Shown: piece after piece, positions 39,670-49,948 of the stretch | Layout: each line of letters starts with the position of its first letter | Position numbering within the stretch: the stretch's first letter is position 1 | Assembly: GCA_913055605.1 (NCBI GenBank) | Contig: CAJXKJ010000013.1 | Location: 816-64,815 of the forward strand | Direction of reading: 5' to 3' | Source: an uncultured Euryhalocaulis sp. | Lineage (GTDB): Bacteria > Pseudomonadota > Alphaproteobacteria > Caulobacterales > Maricaulaceae | DNA: 64,000 bases | Notes under the pieces: model-generated | The model's database searches: none | What the model was told of the DNA's origin: nothing | What the model saw: the letters and a program-made list of their open reading frames with translations, nothing else | Translations under genes and position numbers: made by a program

Positions 39670-41550
39670 ATGCTCGCTGGCCTGCGTAACGCGGCGAAAT
39701 CCAAAATCGCCATTCCGATCATTGTCATCCTCGCCGCCTCGTTCGCGGTATGGGGGGTGAACGACATCTTCACCATGCGCGCTGGCGACGCAGTCGGGCG
39801 CGTGGGCCCCGAAACCGTCACCGTGTCCGATTACCAGCGGGCGTTCAGCACCGCGGTGCAGCGGCAGGCGACGCAGTCCGGCCGCGCCTTCACGACGCAG
39901 GATGCGCGCGCCGCCGGGCTGGACCAGCAGATCCTGCAGCAGATGATGCAGGGCGCCGCGATCGACGCGAAGGCCAGCGACATGAATCTCGGCGCGTCCG
40001 ACGCCGCGGTGTCGCAGGACATCCGCGCGACCGAGGCTTTCCAGGACACCGTGCGCGGGGAGTTCAGCCGCGACGTGTACGAGTCGGCGCTGGGCGGGGT
40101 CGGCATGACGCCGCGCAACTATGAGGACTCCATCCGCACCGATATCGCGCGCGGACAGATCCTGAACTCCGCGCTGGTCCGCATGCGGCCGCCGGAAGTC
40201 TTCGTCGACGCGCGCGAGGCCTATCGCAACGAAACCCGCACCGCCGAGGTCCTGATCCTTCCGGCCGCCCTGGTCGATCTGGACGAGGAGCCGAGCGATG
40301 CGGACCTGCAGGCGCTGATCGACGAGAACGGCCAGGCCTTCACCTTCCCTGAGCTGCGTGCGCTCACCGTGGTCTGGCTGAACATGGAGACGATGGAGGC
40401 CATCGTCGAAGTCAGCGACGACGACGTGGAGGCGCTGTTCGAATTCCGGCGCGAGAGCATGTCCTCCCCCGCCACCCGCTCCTTTGTGCAGATCGCGGCG
40501 CAGGACGAGGAGACCGCCAACGCCGCCGCCGAACGGCTGCGCGCCGGCGAGGCGCCGGGCGATATCGCCGCGTCGCTGAACCTCGCCAGCCCGATCATCC
40601 AGGACGAGGCCGCGCGCGCCGACATCGTGGACGCGCAGATCGCCGAGGCCATTTTCGAATCGACGGAGCCCAGAGTCGTGGTCGCCGAAGGCGTGCTCGG
40701 CTGGGCCGCGATCCAGGTGACCGGCGCGACCGAGGCGCAGGAGGCCAATCTGGACGCCTCCACCGAAGCGCTGCGCGCCGAGCTCGCGCGGGACGGCGCG
40801 ACCGACACGCTGTACGAGGCGATCTCCGAACTGGAAGACGCGCGCGGCGCAGGCATGACGCTGGAGGAAGCCGCGCGCGAAGCCGGCGTCGCCGCGCAGT
40901 CCTACGCCCCGGTCAGCGCCCAGGGCCGCGACATGCACGGCGATTTCTATATCGACCTCGCCGCGGCGCCGGAGCTGCTGAGCCGCGCCTTCTCCATGGC
41001 CGCCGGCCAGACCAGCGATCTGGTCGAACTGCCGGACGGCAACGGCTACGCCGTGGTCCGCGTCGACGACATCCAGGCCCAGCGCGTCGCGACCCTGAGC
41101 GAGGCGCGCGAGGACGCGCGCGCCTTCTGGCGATCCCGCCAGGTCGGCGAGGCGCTGCAGGAGGTCGAGGCCCGCGCGCGGGAGATTATCGAGGGCGGCG
41201 GCAGTTTCGGCGAAGCGGCGGAGGCCATCGGCCAGCCGGCGCGCATCGAACTGGCCGTGTTCAAGCGCGGCCAGAGCGCCGGGCCGGTCGACGCGCGCCT
41301 GTCCGCCGAATTGTTCGAGGCCGCGCAGGGCGAGCTGATCAGCGGACGCACCGCCGGCGACAGCCGGGCGCTGGCCCGCGTCACCAAAATCGAACAACAG
41401 GCGGAGGACGCGCCGAACGTTTCGGCGGAGCTGGGCGACGAACTGGCCAGCGATCTGTTCGTGCAATTCCAGAACGCCCTGTTCGACGAATACCGGGTCG
41501 AGACCTATCCGGACCAGATCGATCTTGCGCTGGGTGACACGACGCAATGA
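39670..41550 (+). CDS. ppiD: Periplasmic chaperone PpiD / SurA_N-domain parvulin-like protein
   Basis: N-terminal anchor helix (IAIPIIVILAASFAVWGV), SurA_N-like region, degenerate rotamase-like middle. Size and position upstream of trpG are typical. Confidence 0.78.
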   Translation: MLAGLRNAAKSKIAIPIIVILAASFAVWGVNDIFTMRAGDAVGRVGPETVTVSDYQRAFSTAVQRQATQSGRAFTTQDARAAGLDQQILQQMMQGAAIDAKASDMNLGASDAAVSQDIRATEAFQDTVRGEFSRDVYESALGGVGMTPRNYEDSIRTDIARGQILNSALVRMRPPEVFVDAREAYRNETRTAEVLILPAALVDLDEEPSDADLQALIDENGQAFTFPELRALTVVWLNMETMEAIVEVSDDDVEALFEFRRESMSSPATRSFVQIAAQDEETANAAAERLRAGEAPGDIAASLNLASPIIQDEAARADIVDAQIAEAIFESTEPRVVVAEGVLGWAAIQVTGATEAQEANLDASTEALRAELARDGATDTLYEAISELEDARGAGMTLEEAAREAGVAAQSYAPVSAQGRDMHGDFYIDLAAAPELLSRAFSMAAGQTSDLVELPDGNGYAVVRVDDIQAQRVATLSEAREDARAFWRSRQVGEALQEVEARAREIIEGGGSFGEAAEAIGQPARIELAVFKRGQSAGPVDARLSAELFEAAQGELISGRTAGDSRALARVTKIEQQAEDAPNVSAELGDELASDLFVQFQNALFDEYRVETYPDQIDLALGDTTQ

Positions 41551-42170
41551 CCGGTGCGCCGGCGCGCCCCGCGCGCCTGCTGATCGTCGATAATTACGAC
41601 AGCTTCGCCTACAACCTGCTGCACTACGCCATCGAGCTAGGGGCCGAGGCGGAGTGCCTGCGCAATGACGACGTCACCGTGGCCCAGGCCCTGTCTATGG
41701 GCGCCGACGCGGTGCTGCTCTCCCCCGGCCCCTGCACGCCGGCGGAGGCCGGAATCTGCGTCGACCTGATCCGCCAGGCGCCGGCGGACCTTCCCATTCT
41801 CGGGGTCTGTCTCGGCCACCAGGCGATCGGCGCGGCGTTCGGCGCAACGGTCGCCCCGGCGCGGGCGGTGATGCATGGCAAGACCAGCGCAATCCACCAC
41901 GCCGACGACGGCGTGCTGAAGGGCCTGCCCGATCCGTTCACCGCGGCGCGCTATCACAGCCTGGCCGTGCTGCGCGATGGCCTGCCCGACACGCTCGCCG
42001 TCAACGCCTGGACCGAGGACGGGGAGATCATGGGCCTGCGCCATGCGCGCCGCCCGGTGCACGGCGTGCAGTTCCACCCCGAATCCATCGCCAGCGAGCA
42101 CGGCCACGCGATCCTGGAGCGGTTCCTGGCCCTGGCCGGGCATACGGTCCCGGCGGAGGCGGACGGTTAA
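41547..42170 (+). CDS. Glutamine amidotransferase, anthranilate/aminodeoxychorismate synthase component II
   Basis: LLIVDNYDSF, GVCLGHQ (Cys), VQFHPES (His/Glu). ATGA overlap with ppiD. Confidence 0.9.
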   Translation: MTGAPARPARLLIVDNYDSFAYNLLHYAIELGAEAECLRNDDVTVAQALSMGADAVLLSPGPCTPAEAGICVDLIRQAPADLPILGVCLGHQAIGAAFGATVAPARAVMHGKTSAIHHADDGVLKGLPDPFTAARYHSLAVLRDGLPDTLAVNAWTEDGEIMGLRHARRPVHGVQFHPESIASEHGHAILERFLALAGHTVPAEADG

Positions 42171-42208
42171 AGCCCTGTTTCGGCTGGGGTCGCCTTGACC
42201 CGGATTTA

Positions 42209-42223
42209 GAACACACATAGAAC
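42209..42223. promoter_or_regulatory. Alphaproteobacterial SOS (LexA) box GAAC-N7-GAAC upstream of lexA
   Basis: GAACACACATAGAAC lies 51 bp upstream of the lexA ATG. A degenerate second copy GTTTCCGGTTTGTTC is at 42235-42249. Confidence 0.8.
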
Positions 42224-42273
42224 ACGAATCCCACGTTTCCGGTTTGTTCACGGATTTCGGGGAGGATTGGACT

Positions 42274-42969
42274 ATGCTGACCCGCAAGCAAAAAGAACTC
42301 CTGCTGTTCATCGACCGCCGCCTGAAGGAAGACGGGGTCTCCCCCTCTTTCGACGAGATGCGGGAAGCGCTGAACCTGGCTTCCAAATCCGGCATCCACC
42401 GGCTGATCACGGCGCTGGAGGAGCGCGGCTTCATCCGCCGCCTGGCCCACCGCGCCCGCGCGCTGGAAGTGCTGAAACTGCCGGACGACGCGCCGGCGTC
42501 TTCGGGTTTCCAGCCCAAGATGATCCAGGGCGGCGCCCGCCAGGAGCCGGAGCGCCCCGCCGCGCCCCCGCCCGCCCCCTCCAACATGGTCGAGGTGCCG
42601 CTGATGGGCCGCATCGCGGCCGGCGTGCCGATCGAGGCGATCCAGCACGAGACCGACCGCATCGCCCTGCCGCCCGACATGCTGGGCTCCGGCGAGCATT
42701 ACGCCCTGACCGTGAAGGGCGATTCGATGATCGACGCCGGCATCCATGACGGCGACATCGCGGTGATCCGCCGCTGCGAGACCGCCGATAACGGCGCCAT
42801 CGTCGTGGCGCTGGTGGACGATGAGGAAGCGACGCTGAAGCGGCTGCGCCGCAAGGGCGGCTCAATCGCGCTGGAGGCGGCCAACCCGGAATACGAGACC
42901 CGCATCTTCGGTCCCGACCGCGTGCGCGTGCAGGGCCAGCTGGTCAGCCTCTACCGCAAATACCACTAG
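42274..42969 (+). CDS. lexA: Transcriptional repressor LexA
   Basis: [13 protein letters not shown] wHTH, cleavage site region [12 protein letters not shown] (Ser) and ATLKRL (Lys). Confidence 0.96.
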   Translation: MLTRKQKELLLFIDRRLKEDGVSPSFDEMREALNLASKSGIHRLITALEERGFIRRLAHRARALEVLKLPDDAPASSGFQPKMIQGGARQEPERPAAPPPAPSNMVEVPLMGRIAAGVPIEAIQHETDRIALPPDMLGSGEHYALTVKGDSMIDAGIHDGDIAVIRRCETADNGAIVVALVDDEEATLKRLRRKGGSIALEAANPEYETRIFGPDRVRVQGQLVSLYRKYH

Positions 42970-42980
42970 CGTCCCGCGAC

Positions 42981-45080
42981 CTAGCGTCCAGCGAACTGTC
43001 GGTCCGCGTATGGCGGCCGCCAGGCCGTTGCGTCGGCGTGGCGCAGGACCAGTTCGCCCTGCCCGTCGCGCGACACGGTCGCCGCGCCGCGCCCGCCGAG
43101 CACGCCGCCGTCCAGCAGCACCGCGCCGCATGTGCGGCGCAGGCGCGCCGACACCGGCTCGCGAAACGCAATCAGGTCCACGTCCGCCGCGGCGCAATCC
43201 TCCACCACCGCCGCGCGCGTCTGCGGCGCGGCGACGCGCACCCCGTTCAGCCAGCCGACACAGCCCGCCCCGTCGCATTCGGCGATATCGCGGAAGGCGC
43301 GCACCGGCGCCTCGTCGCCCAGGCCCTGGCGCTGGGCGAAGCGGTCCACCCCATAGCGGGAGCGGCGCCGGTCGGTGGCGTAGATCGCCCCGTCCGCCGT
43401 TCCGGCCACGACTGCGCTGTCGGAAATCCAGAGCAGCGGATGCGGCGCGGTCATCCAGATCGCGCCGGCCAGCCCCATCGCCGCCAGCCCCCCGGCGCGC
43501 ACCGCCGCCCGGCCCGCGCAGATCAGCACGAAGCCAAGACTGTAGATCCCGAGCGCCAGCGGCGGCGCGGACGCCGTGGGCGTCAGCGCCCCGGCCTGCC
43601 CCGCCACGATCTCCCCGGCCCGCAACACCACGCCTAGCCCCATCGCCGACAGTTTCAGCGCCGGCCCCTCCAGCCCGATGGGCATCAGGGCGACGCCGAT
43701 GGCGGCCGTGGGCATGACCCACAGGGTGAAAACCGGCATGGCGGCCAGGTTTCCGGCCATGCCGTAGGTGGCCATGCGGTTGAAGTGATAGGCGGCGAAG
43801 CCGCCGGTCGCCGCCCCGGCCACCAGGCTGGTCATGCTGAGACTGCCGAAGAAACGTAAGCCCCCCGCCCAGAGCGAGCGTTCGCGCGCGGCCATGAGAC
43901 GGCGCGCGCGCAGCGCCTCATAGGCCGCGATCAGCCCCGCCGTAGCGGCGAAGGACATCTGGAAGCCCGCCTCGAACAGGCTCTCCGGCGCCAGCAGCAG
44001 CACGATCACCGCCGCCACCGCCACATTGCGCAGCGTCAGCGCGCGCCGGTCGAAGATCAGCGCGATCAGCATAACCGACAGCATTACCCAGGCCCGCTGG
44101 GCCGACACCGGCGCGCCGGAAATCATCAGATAGCCGGTCGCGGCGGCCAGCGCGCACAGCGCCGCCGGCTTGCGGATGTCATAGCTGCGCGCCAGCGGCC
44201 CGATGGCGGCCAGAACCAGGCTGGCGAAGGCGAGCACCCCGCCCCCGACCAGCATCATGTGCAGGCCGGAAATCGCCAGCACGTGCGCAAGGCCGGAGGC
44301 GCGCAGCGCGTCGGTGTCCGCCGGCGCCACGCCGCTGCGGTCGCCGGTGACCAGCGCGACCAGAATGCCGCCGCGATGGTCCGGCACATGGCCCCGAATC
44401 CGCGCCCCGATAGCGCCGCGCAGATGCGCCACCGCCCGTGTGAAGCCGCCGCCCGGGATGTCCGCGGGCTGCGCCGCGCCATAGGAAAAGCCGGTGCCGC
44501 CCAGCCGGTCGAAATAGGCCTGGCGGGAGAAATCATAGTCGCCGGGCGCCGAGGGTCCGGGCGGCGGGCCGAGGCCCGCACGCACGCGCAGCCCCTCGCC
44601 CAGCATCGGCGCCTCGCCGCTGACCCGCACGCGCACGCGCGCCGGCGTTTCCTCCGGGCTCAGGCCTGCGATGCGGGTGACCGCAATGGTGACGGCGGGG
44701 CGGGCGCCGGGATCCAGCTTCGCGGCCCATCCCTCCACCGTCCATGCGCGGTCGGTGTCCGGCATCACCGGCCCGGCCACGTCCCATGTCCGCCATCCCG
44801 CCGCGCCATAGCCGAGCGCCGCCCAGGCCAGCGCCGCGACGGCCCAGCGCAGAATTGTCCGCCACAGATAGCGCGCGCCGGCCCAGCGCGCGGCGAGCGC
44901 GGCGGCCATCAAGGCCATCATGAGGAGAGGCGGCGCGGCCCATGGCGACTGGAAATACAGAAGCACGCCGGCGCCCAGCGCCATGGGGGGCGCGGCGCAC
45001 GTCTCCAGCCGCGCGTCCGACCACAGCCGGCGCAGCGAAGGCGCGGCGAAAGACGCCGTTTCCGTCGCAAGAACCGCCAC
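42981..45080 (-). CDS. comEC: ComEC/Rec2 family membrane protein (no recognisable MBL metal motif)
   Basis: DUF4131-like N-terminus, competence domain (GLAHVLAISGLHM), many TM helices. C-terminal region lacks HxHxDH. GTG start. Confidence 0.82.
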   Translation of the reverse strand: MAVLATETASFAAPSLRRLWSDARLETCAAPPMALGAGVLLYFQSPWAAPPLLMMALMAAALAARWAGARYLWRTILRWAVAALAWAALGYGAAGWRTWDVAGPVMPDTDRAWTVEGWAAKLDPGARPAVTIAVTRIAGLSPEETPARVRVRVSGEAPMLGEGLRVRAGLGPPPGPSAPGDYDFSRQAYFDRLGGTGFSYGAAQPADIPGGGFTRAVAHLRGAIGARIRGHVPDHRGGILVALVTGDRSGVAPADTDALRASGLAHVLAISGLHMMLVGGGVLAFASLVLAAIGPLARSYDIRKPAALCALAAATGYLMISGAPVSAQRAWVMLSVMLIALIFDRRALTLRNVAVAAVIVLLLAPESLFEAGFQMSFAATAGLIAAYEALRARRLMAARERSLWAGGLRFFGSLSMTSLVAGAATGGFAAYHFNRMATYGMAGNLAAMPVFTLWVMPTAAIGVALMPIGLEGPALKLSAMGLGVVLRAGEIVAGQAGALTPTASAPPLALGIYSLGFVLICAGRAAVRAGGLAAMGLAGAIWMTAPHPLLWISDSAVVAGTADGAIYATDRRRSRYGVDRFAQRQGLGDEAPVRAFRDIAECDGAGCVGWLNGVRVAAPQTRAAVVEDCAAADVDLIAFREPVSARLRRTCGAVLLDGGVLGGRGAATVSRDGQGELVLRHADATAWRPPYADRQFAGR

Positions 45081-45211
45081 AGCACCCCCCGGGCCGCCGT
45101 TCTTTTCCCACTCTAACGGTCTGCCGCGGCGCCGCCAGCTAGGCTCGAAAGGATGCGCGTGCTATCAGGCCGCCTCCCCGCCCCCGCAAAGCCGAGTTCC
45201 GCTTTCACGCC

Positions 45212-46597
45212 ATGATCGTCACGCGGTTTGCGCCATCGCCCACCGGTTATCTTCATATCGGCGGGGCGCGTACGGCGCTGTTCAACTATGTCTATGCGCG
45301 CCGTCACGGCGGCCGGTTCCTGCTGCGGATCGAGGACACCGACCGCGCCCGCTCCACGGCGGAGGCCACGCAGGCGATTCTGGACGGGCTGGACTGGCTG
45401 GGCCTCGCCCCGGACGAGCCGCCCGTCTTCCAGTCGAAGAACGAGGCCCGCCACGCCGAGGTCGCAGAAGCGCTCATCGCCGCCGGCGCGGCCTATCGCT
45501 GCGCCATGACGCAGGAAGAGATCGAAGCCGAGCGCGCAAAGGCGCGCGAGGACGGCCGCGCGTTCCGCTCGCTCTGGCGCGACAAGGAAGCGCCGGCGGA
45601 TCAGCCCTGCGCCCTGCGCTTCCGCACGCCCGACGACGGCGAGACGGTGATCGAGGATGCGGTCCAGGGCCGCGTCGCGGTCGCCAACCGCCAGCTGGAC
45701 GATCTGGTCCTGCTGCGCGCCGACGGCACGCCGACCTATATGCTGGCCGTGATCGCCGACGATCACGATATGGGCGTCACCCACATCATCCGCGGCGACG
45801 ACCATCTGACCAATGCGGTGCGCCAGACGCTGATCTATCGCGCGCTCGGCTGGGACGTCCCGGCCTTCGCCCATGTCCCGCTGATCCACGGGCCGGACGG
45901 CGCGAAACTGTCCAAGCGCCACGGCGCGCTCGGCGTCGACGCCTACCGCAAGATGGGCTTCCTGCCCGAGGGGCTGCGCAATTATCTGCTGCGCCTCGGC
46001 TGGGCGCACGGCGACCAGGAGCTGTTCAGCGACGCGGAGGCGATCGCCGCCTTCGATCTGGAGGGTCTGAACAAAGCCCCCGCGCGGCTGGACTTCGCCA
46101 AGATGGAAAGCGTCAACGCGCACTGGATGAAACAGGCCGACGACGAACGCCTGACCGGCCTGTTCCTGGACTGGCTGCGCACCGAAACCGGCGAGGCGGT
46201 GGACACGGTTACGGCGGACCGGATCGGCCGCGCCATGCCCATCCTGAAAGGCCGCGCCCAGACGGTGGCGGAGCTGGACGGCCAGACCCGCTTCATCCGG
46301 ATGAGCCGCCCGCTGGCCATTGAGGGCAAGAGCGAAAAAGCCCTGACGCCGGAGGCGCGGGAGCGCCTTCAAAGACTGGCAAAAGCGATTGATTCTATTG
46401 CGCCTTGGGAGGAAGACCCTCTACATGATGCGCTGCAACATTTCGTTGAGGACGAAGGCGTCGGATTTGGTAAGATCGGGCAGCCGCTTCGCGCGGCGCT
46501 GACCGCTGGGGCTCCGGCGCCGGATATCGGCCAAGTGCTAGCGATACTGGGACGTGAAGAAAGTCTGGCTCGCATAGGAGATCAGGCCGAAGCCTGA
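45212..46597 (+). CDS. gltX: Glutamate--tRNA ligase
   Basis: [14 protein letters not shown] (HIGH) and KLSKRHG (KMSKS). Confidence 0.96.
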   Translation: MIVTRFAPSPTGYLHIGGARTALFNYVYARRHGGRFLLRIEDTDRARSTAEATQAILDGLDWLGLAPDEPPVFQSKNEARHAEVAEALIAAGAAYRCAMTQEEIEAERAKAREDGRAFRSLWRDKEAPADQPCALRFRTPDDGETVIEDAVQGRVAVANRQLDDLVLLRADGTPTYMLAVIADDHDMGVTHIIRGDDHLTNAVRQTLIYRALGWDVPAFAHVPLIHGPDGAKLSKRHGALGVDAYRKMGFLPEGLRNYLLRLGWAHGDQELFSDAEAIAAFDLEGLNKAPARLDFAKMESVNAHWMKQADDERLTGLFLDWLRTETGEAVDTVTADRIGRAMPILKGRAQTVAELDGQTRFIRMSRPLAIEGKSEKALTPEARERLQRLAKAIDSIAPWEEDPLHDALQHFVEDEGVGFGKIGQPLRAALTAGAPAPDIGQVLAILGREESLARIGDQAEA

Positions 46598-46634
46598 CGC
46601 GCCGCCGGACACGGGACTCAAGAGGGGAAGTCGG

Positions 46635-47942
46635 ATGGAAAGCAATCTGAAAGACGCCGCGCCGGCGACGGTGACCGCAGACGGAAAACCGGTGGAGCTG
46701 CCGGTGTATTCCGGCACGATCGGCCCGGACGTGATCGACGTGCGCAAGCTGTACGCCGAAACCGGCCACTTCACCTTCGACCCCGGCTACGCCTCCACCG
46801 CCAGCTGCGAAAGCAAGATCACCTATATCGACGGCGACGAGGGCGTGCTGCTCTATCGCGGCTATCCGATCGACCAGCTGGCCGAGAAGTCCAATTTCGT
46901 CGAGGTCTGCTACCTGCTGCTGCACGGCGAACTGCCGAACAAGGGCGAGCTGGACGCTTTCAACGAGTCCATTACCTACCACACGATGCTGCACACGCAG
47001 TTCGACCAGTTCTTCAACGGCTTCCGCCGCGACGCCCACCCGATGGCGATCATGGTCGGCGCCGTCGGCGCCCTGTCGGCCTTCTATCACGACTCCACCG
47101 ACATCACCGATCCGTACCAGCGGATGGTCGCCAGCCACCGCATGATCGCGAAGATGCCGACGATCGCGGCGCGCGCGTTCAAATACTCGGTCGGCCAGCC
47201 CTTCGTGACGCCGCAGAACCATCTGGGCTACGCGGAAAACTTCCTGCGCATGTGCTTCGCCGTGCCGGCGGAGGAATACCAGACCAATCCGGTGTTCGCC
47301 GATGCGATGGACAAGATCTTCATCCTGCACGCCGACCACGAGCAGAACGCCTCCACTTCCACAGTGCGTCTGGCCGGCTCGTCCGGCGCGAACCCGTTCG
47401 CCTGTATCGCGGCGGGCGTCGCCTGCCTGTGGGGCCCGGCCCATGGCGGCGCCAACGAAGCGGCGCTGATGATGCTGCAGGAGATCGGAACGGCCGACCG
47501 AATTCCCGAATACATCGCCAAGGCCAAGGACAAGAACGATCCGTTCCGCCTGATGGGCTTCGGCCACCGCGTCTACAAGAATTACGACCCGCGCGCGAAG
47601 GTCATGCAGTCCACCGCGCACCGCGTCCTCGGCGAGCTCGGCATGAAGGACGACCCCATGCTGGAGGTCGCCATGGAGCTGGAGAAGATCGCGCTGGAGG
47701 ACGAGTATTTCGTCGAGAAGAAGCTCTATCCGAATATCGACTTCTATTCGGGCATTACCCTGAAGGCGATGGGCTTCCCGACCGAGATGTTCACCGTGCT
47801 GTTCGCGCTGGCCCGCACCGTCGGCTGGATCGCGCAATGGCAGGAAATGCTGGAAGACCCGAACCAGCGCATCGGCCGCCCGCGCCAGCTCTATACCGGC
47901 GCGCCGGAGCGGGACTACACCCCGATCATCCAGCGGTCCTGA
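46635..47942 (+). CDS. gltA: Citrate synthase
   Basis: [24 protein letters not shown]. Confidence 0.97.
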   Translation: MESNLKDAAPATVTADGKPVELPVYSGTIGPDVIDVRKLYAETGHFTFDPGYASTASCESKITYIDGDEGVLLYRGYPIDQLAEKSNFVEVCYLLLHGELPNKGELDAFNESITYHTMLHTQFDQFFNGFRRDAHPMAIMVGAVGALSAFYHDSTDITDPYQRMVASHRMIAKMPTIAARAFKYSVGQPFVTPQNHLGYAENFLRMCFAVPAEEYQTNPVFADAMDKIFILHADHEQNASTSTVRLAGSSGANPFACIAAGVACLWGPAHGGANEAALMMLQEIGTADRIPEYIAKAKDKNDPFRLMGFGHRVYKNYDPRAKVMQSTAHRVLGELGMKDDPMLEVAMELEKIALEDEYFVEKKLYPNIDFYSGITLKAMGFPTEMFTVLFALARTVGWIAQWQEMLEDPNQRIGRPRQLYTGAPERDYTPIIQRS

Positions 47943-49095
47943 GCGGAACGCCGATCTCGGTAAGGATCGCCCGCGCGGCCTCGGCCGCCGGGCTTTCCAT
48001 CTCTCCCTTCAGCGCCTGCGCCGCTGCGCGCAGGCGCGCGGAGATGTCCGCCGCCTCCGCCGGGTCCGCCAGATAACGGCCGGCCGCCTCGGCCAGCGGC
48101 TCGGGCGCGCAGCTTCTCTGCAGGAATTCGGGCATCAATTCCTCGCCCGCCTCGATATTCACCAGGCTGATATAGGGCGTCTGCAGCAGGAGCTGGATCA
48201 GCGCATAGCTGAGCCCGTCGGCGCGATAGCCCACCACGGTCGGCGCGCCCGCCAGCGCCAGCTCGGACGTCGCGGTGCCCGAACAGGCGATGGCGGCGTC
48301 GCAGGCGGCGTAGGCGTCCGCCCGCTCATCCTCCGGGATCAGTAGCAGATCCGGCTCGTTCGCCGCCCGCGCGCGCACCTGCGCGTCGACCGAGGCGGCG
48401 ACCGGCGTGGCCAGGCGCAGGCCGGGAAAGCGCGCCTGGAGACGCCGCGCCGCGCCCATGAAGGGCTCCCACAGGCGCTCCACCTCCTTCGGCCGGCTGC
48501 CGAACAGCAGCAGCAGCAATGGCTCCTCCGCCCCGACGCCGTGCCGCGCGCGGAACGCCGCACCGTCCCCGCCCTCCGCGCCGCGATGGAGCGCCGGGTT
48601 GCCAGTGAAGATTGTGCGCAGCCCGGCTTCCTCGAACAGCGGCGCGTCGAAAGAATGGATGGTCAGCAGCAGATCGACCGCGGACGCCAGCGTCCAGGCC
48701 CGGCCGGGGCGCGTCGCCCAGACCTGCGGCCCGATATATTTGATCAGTCTCGCCTTCGGCGCGCGCTTCCGCAGCGCCCAGGCCACGCGAAGATTGAACC
48801 CCCAGGAATCGATCAGCACGGCCGCCGCCGGCGACCGGCGCGCCGCGTCCTCCGCCGCCTCCTGCGCCAGACGGCGCACGCGGGGCCAGGCTCGGACCGC
48901 GTCCACGATGCCCAGGATCGACAACTCGGAAATGTCGAGGGCGCTCTCGATCCCCTCGCCCGCCATGCGCGGGCCGCCGACGCCCGCCAAGGCGACCGGA
49001 ACCGCGGCCTCGGCGTGCAGGGCGCGCGCCAGATCCGCGCCGATGGCGTCGCCCGACGCCTCGGCGGCGACGAGATAGATCAGCGGGTCAGCCAG
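47926..49095 (-). CDS. lpxB: Lipid-A-disaccharide synthase; start codon unresolved
   Basis: Conserved N-terminus [11 protein letters not shown] begins near 49080. No ATG/GTG/TTG occurs between 49212 and 49083; 49095 is a CTG placeholder. Confidence 0.8.
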   Translation of the reverse strand: MADPLIYLVAAEASGDAIGADLARALHAEAAVPVALAGVGGPRMAGEGIESALDISELSILGIVDAVRAWPRVRRLAQEAAEDAARRSPAAAVLIDSWGFNLRVAWALRKRAPKARLIKYIGPQVWATRPGRAWTLASAVDLLLTIHSFDAPLFEEAGLRTIFTGNPALHRGAEGGDGAAFRARHGVGAEEPLLLLLFGSRPKEVERLWEPFMGAARRLQARFPGLRLATPVAASVDAQVRARAANEPDLLLIPEDERADAYAACDAAIACSGTATSELALAGAPTVVGYRADGLSYALIQLLLQTPYISLVNIEAGEELMPEFLQRSCAPEPLAEAAGRYLADPAEAADISARLRAAAQALKGEMESPAAEAARAILTEIGVPLRTAG

Positions 49096-49948
49096 CGCGT
49101 CCGTCCGGGCCGTCCCCGAACCCCCAGATGAACAGGCCTGCCGCGTTCGCCGCCGCGATGACCTCGTCCCGGTCCAGCACGATGCACGCGCCGGCCTGAA
49201 CCGCGATGCCCGCAAGGCCCGCCGCGTCCGCCGCGCGCACGGTGGCCAGGCCAATGGTCGGCAGGTCGATGCGCCGGTCCTGCCCGGCCTTCAGCTGTTT
49301 CACCAGAACGCCCCGGCGGTCGTCCGGCGCGCCGCGAATGTCGCGGCTAAGCTCGGCGACGCGGGCCAGCATGCGGTCGGTGCCTTCCTGCGCCTCGACG
49401 GCCAGGACCAGGCCGTTGCACACCACCACGCCCTGCCCGACATCGAACGGGCTGATCGCCGCCAGCAGGTCGCGCGCCCGCGCGATGTCGCCGACGGCCT
49501 CTTCGGACGGCGCCGCCCCAGCGATCGCGCCCTCGGCGGCGCGCAGCCCTTCCAAAACCTCGTCCGCGCCGACCACGGCGAACCCCTCCCGCTCGAACTC
49601 CGCGGTGACGGCGCGCAGCAATGCGTCGTCGCCCTGTTTCGCCGCCTTCACGATCCGGGGCAGCGCCTGAACCCCGCGCCAGTCGGGGCGCAGGCTGGTG
49701 AAATCCGGCCGCGCCACGATGCCCGCCAGCACGATCCGGTCGCAGCCGGCGGCGCGCAGCGCCTTGATCGTGCCGCCCAGCGCGTCGATGCGCCGCTCCT
49801 CCCCCGGATGGGCCTCCATCGCCGCATCGGCGGAGCCTTTCAGGCGGATGACATAATAGGGAAGCCCCGCGTCGCGCGCATAGTCGGCCAGCACCAGCGG
49901 CAGGCGCCCGCCCCCGGCGATCACGCCAAGCGCGCCGGGCGCGTCCAT
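49088..49948 (-). CDS. lpxI: UDP-2,3-diacylglucosamine pyrophosphatase LpxI (DUF1009)
   Basis: LGVIAGGGRLP N-terminus. Located between lpxA and lpxB, as in alphaproteobacteria that lack lpxH. Confidence 0.82.
   Translation of the reverse strand: MDAPGALGVIAGGGRLPLVLADYARDAGLPYYVIRLKGSADAAMEAHPGEERRIDALGGTIKALRAAGCDRIVLAGIVARPDFTSLRPDWRGVQALPRIVKAAKQGDDALLRAVTAEFEREGFAVVGADEVLEGLRAAEGAIAGAAPSEEAVGDIARARDLLAAISPFDVGQGVVVCNGLVLAVEAQEGTDRMLARVAELSRDIRGAPDDRRGVLVKQLKAGQDRRIDLPTIGLATVRAADAAGLAGIAVQAGACIVLDRDEVIAAANAAGLFIWGFGDGPDGRAG

Noticed and set aside
39517-41547. 676-aa minus-strand ORF antisense to ppiD. Similar long antisense ORFs: 752..2176, 14353..15831, 20195..21679, 22425..23873, 25972..27633, 35426..37237, 37871..39508, 46395..47837, 56442..58034, 60577..62406.
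   Set aside because: Each lies opposite a gene with strong family motifs, has a repetitive R/G/A/D/H/Q composition, and lacks a credible RBS. This is expected background in a high-GC3 genome.
42966-42989. Direct repeat CTAGCGTCC-N6-CTAGCGTCC between lexA and comEC
   Set aside because: Each copy simply contains the stop codon of one of the two convergent genes. A 9-bp match in a 24-bp span is weak evidence for an att-like or regulatory site, and no mobile genes are nearby.
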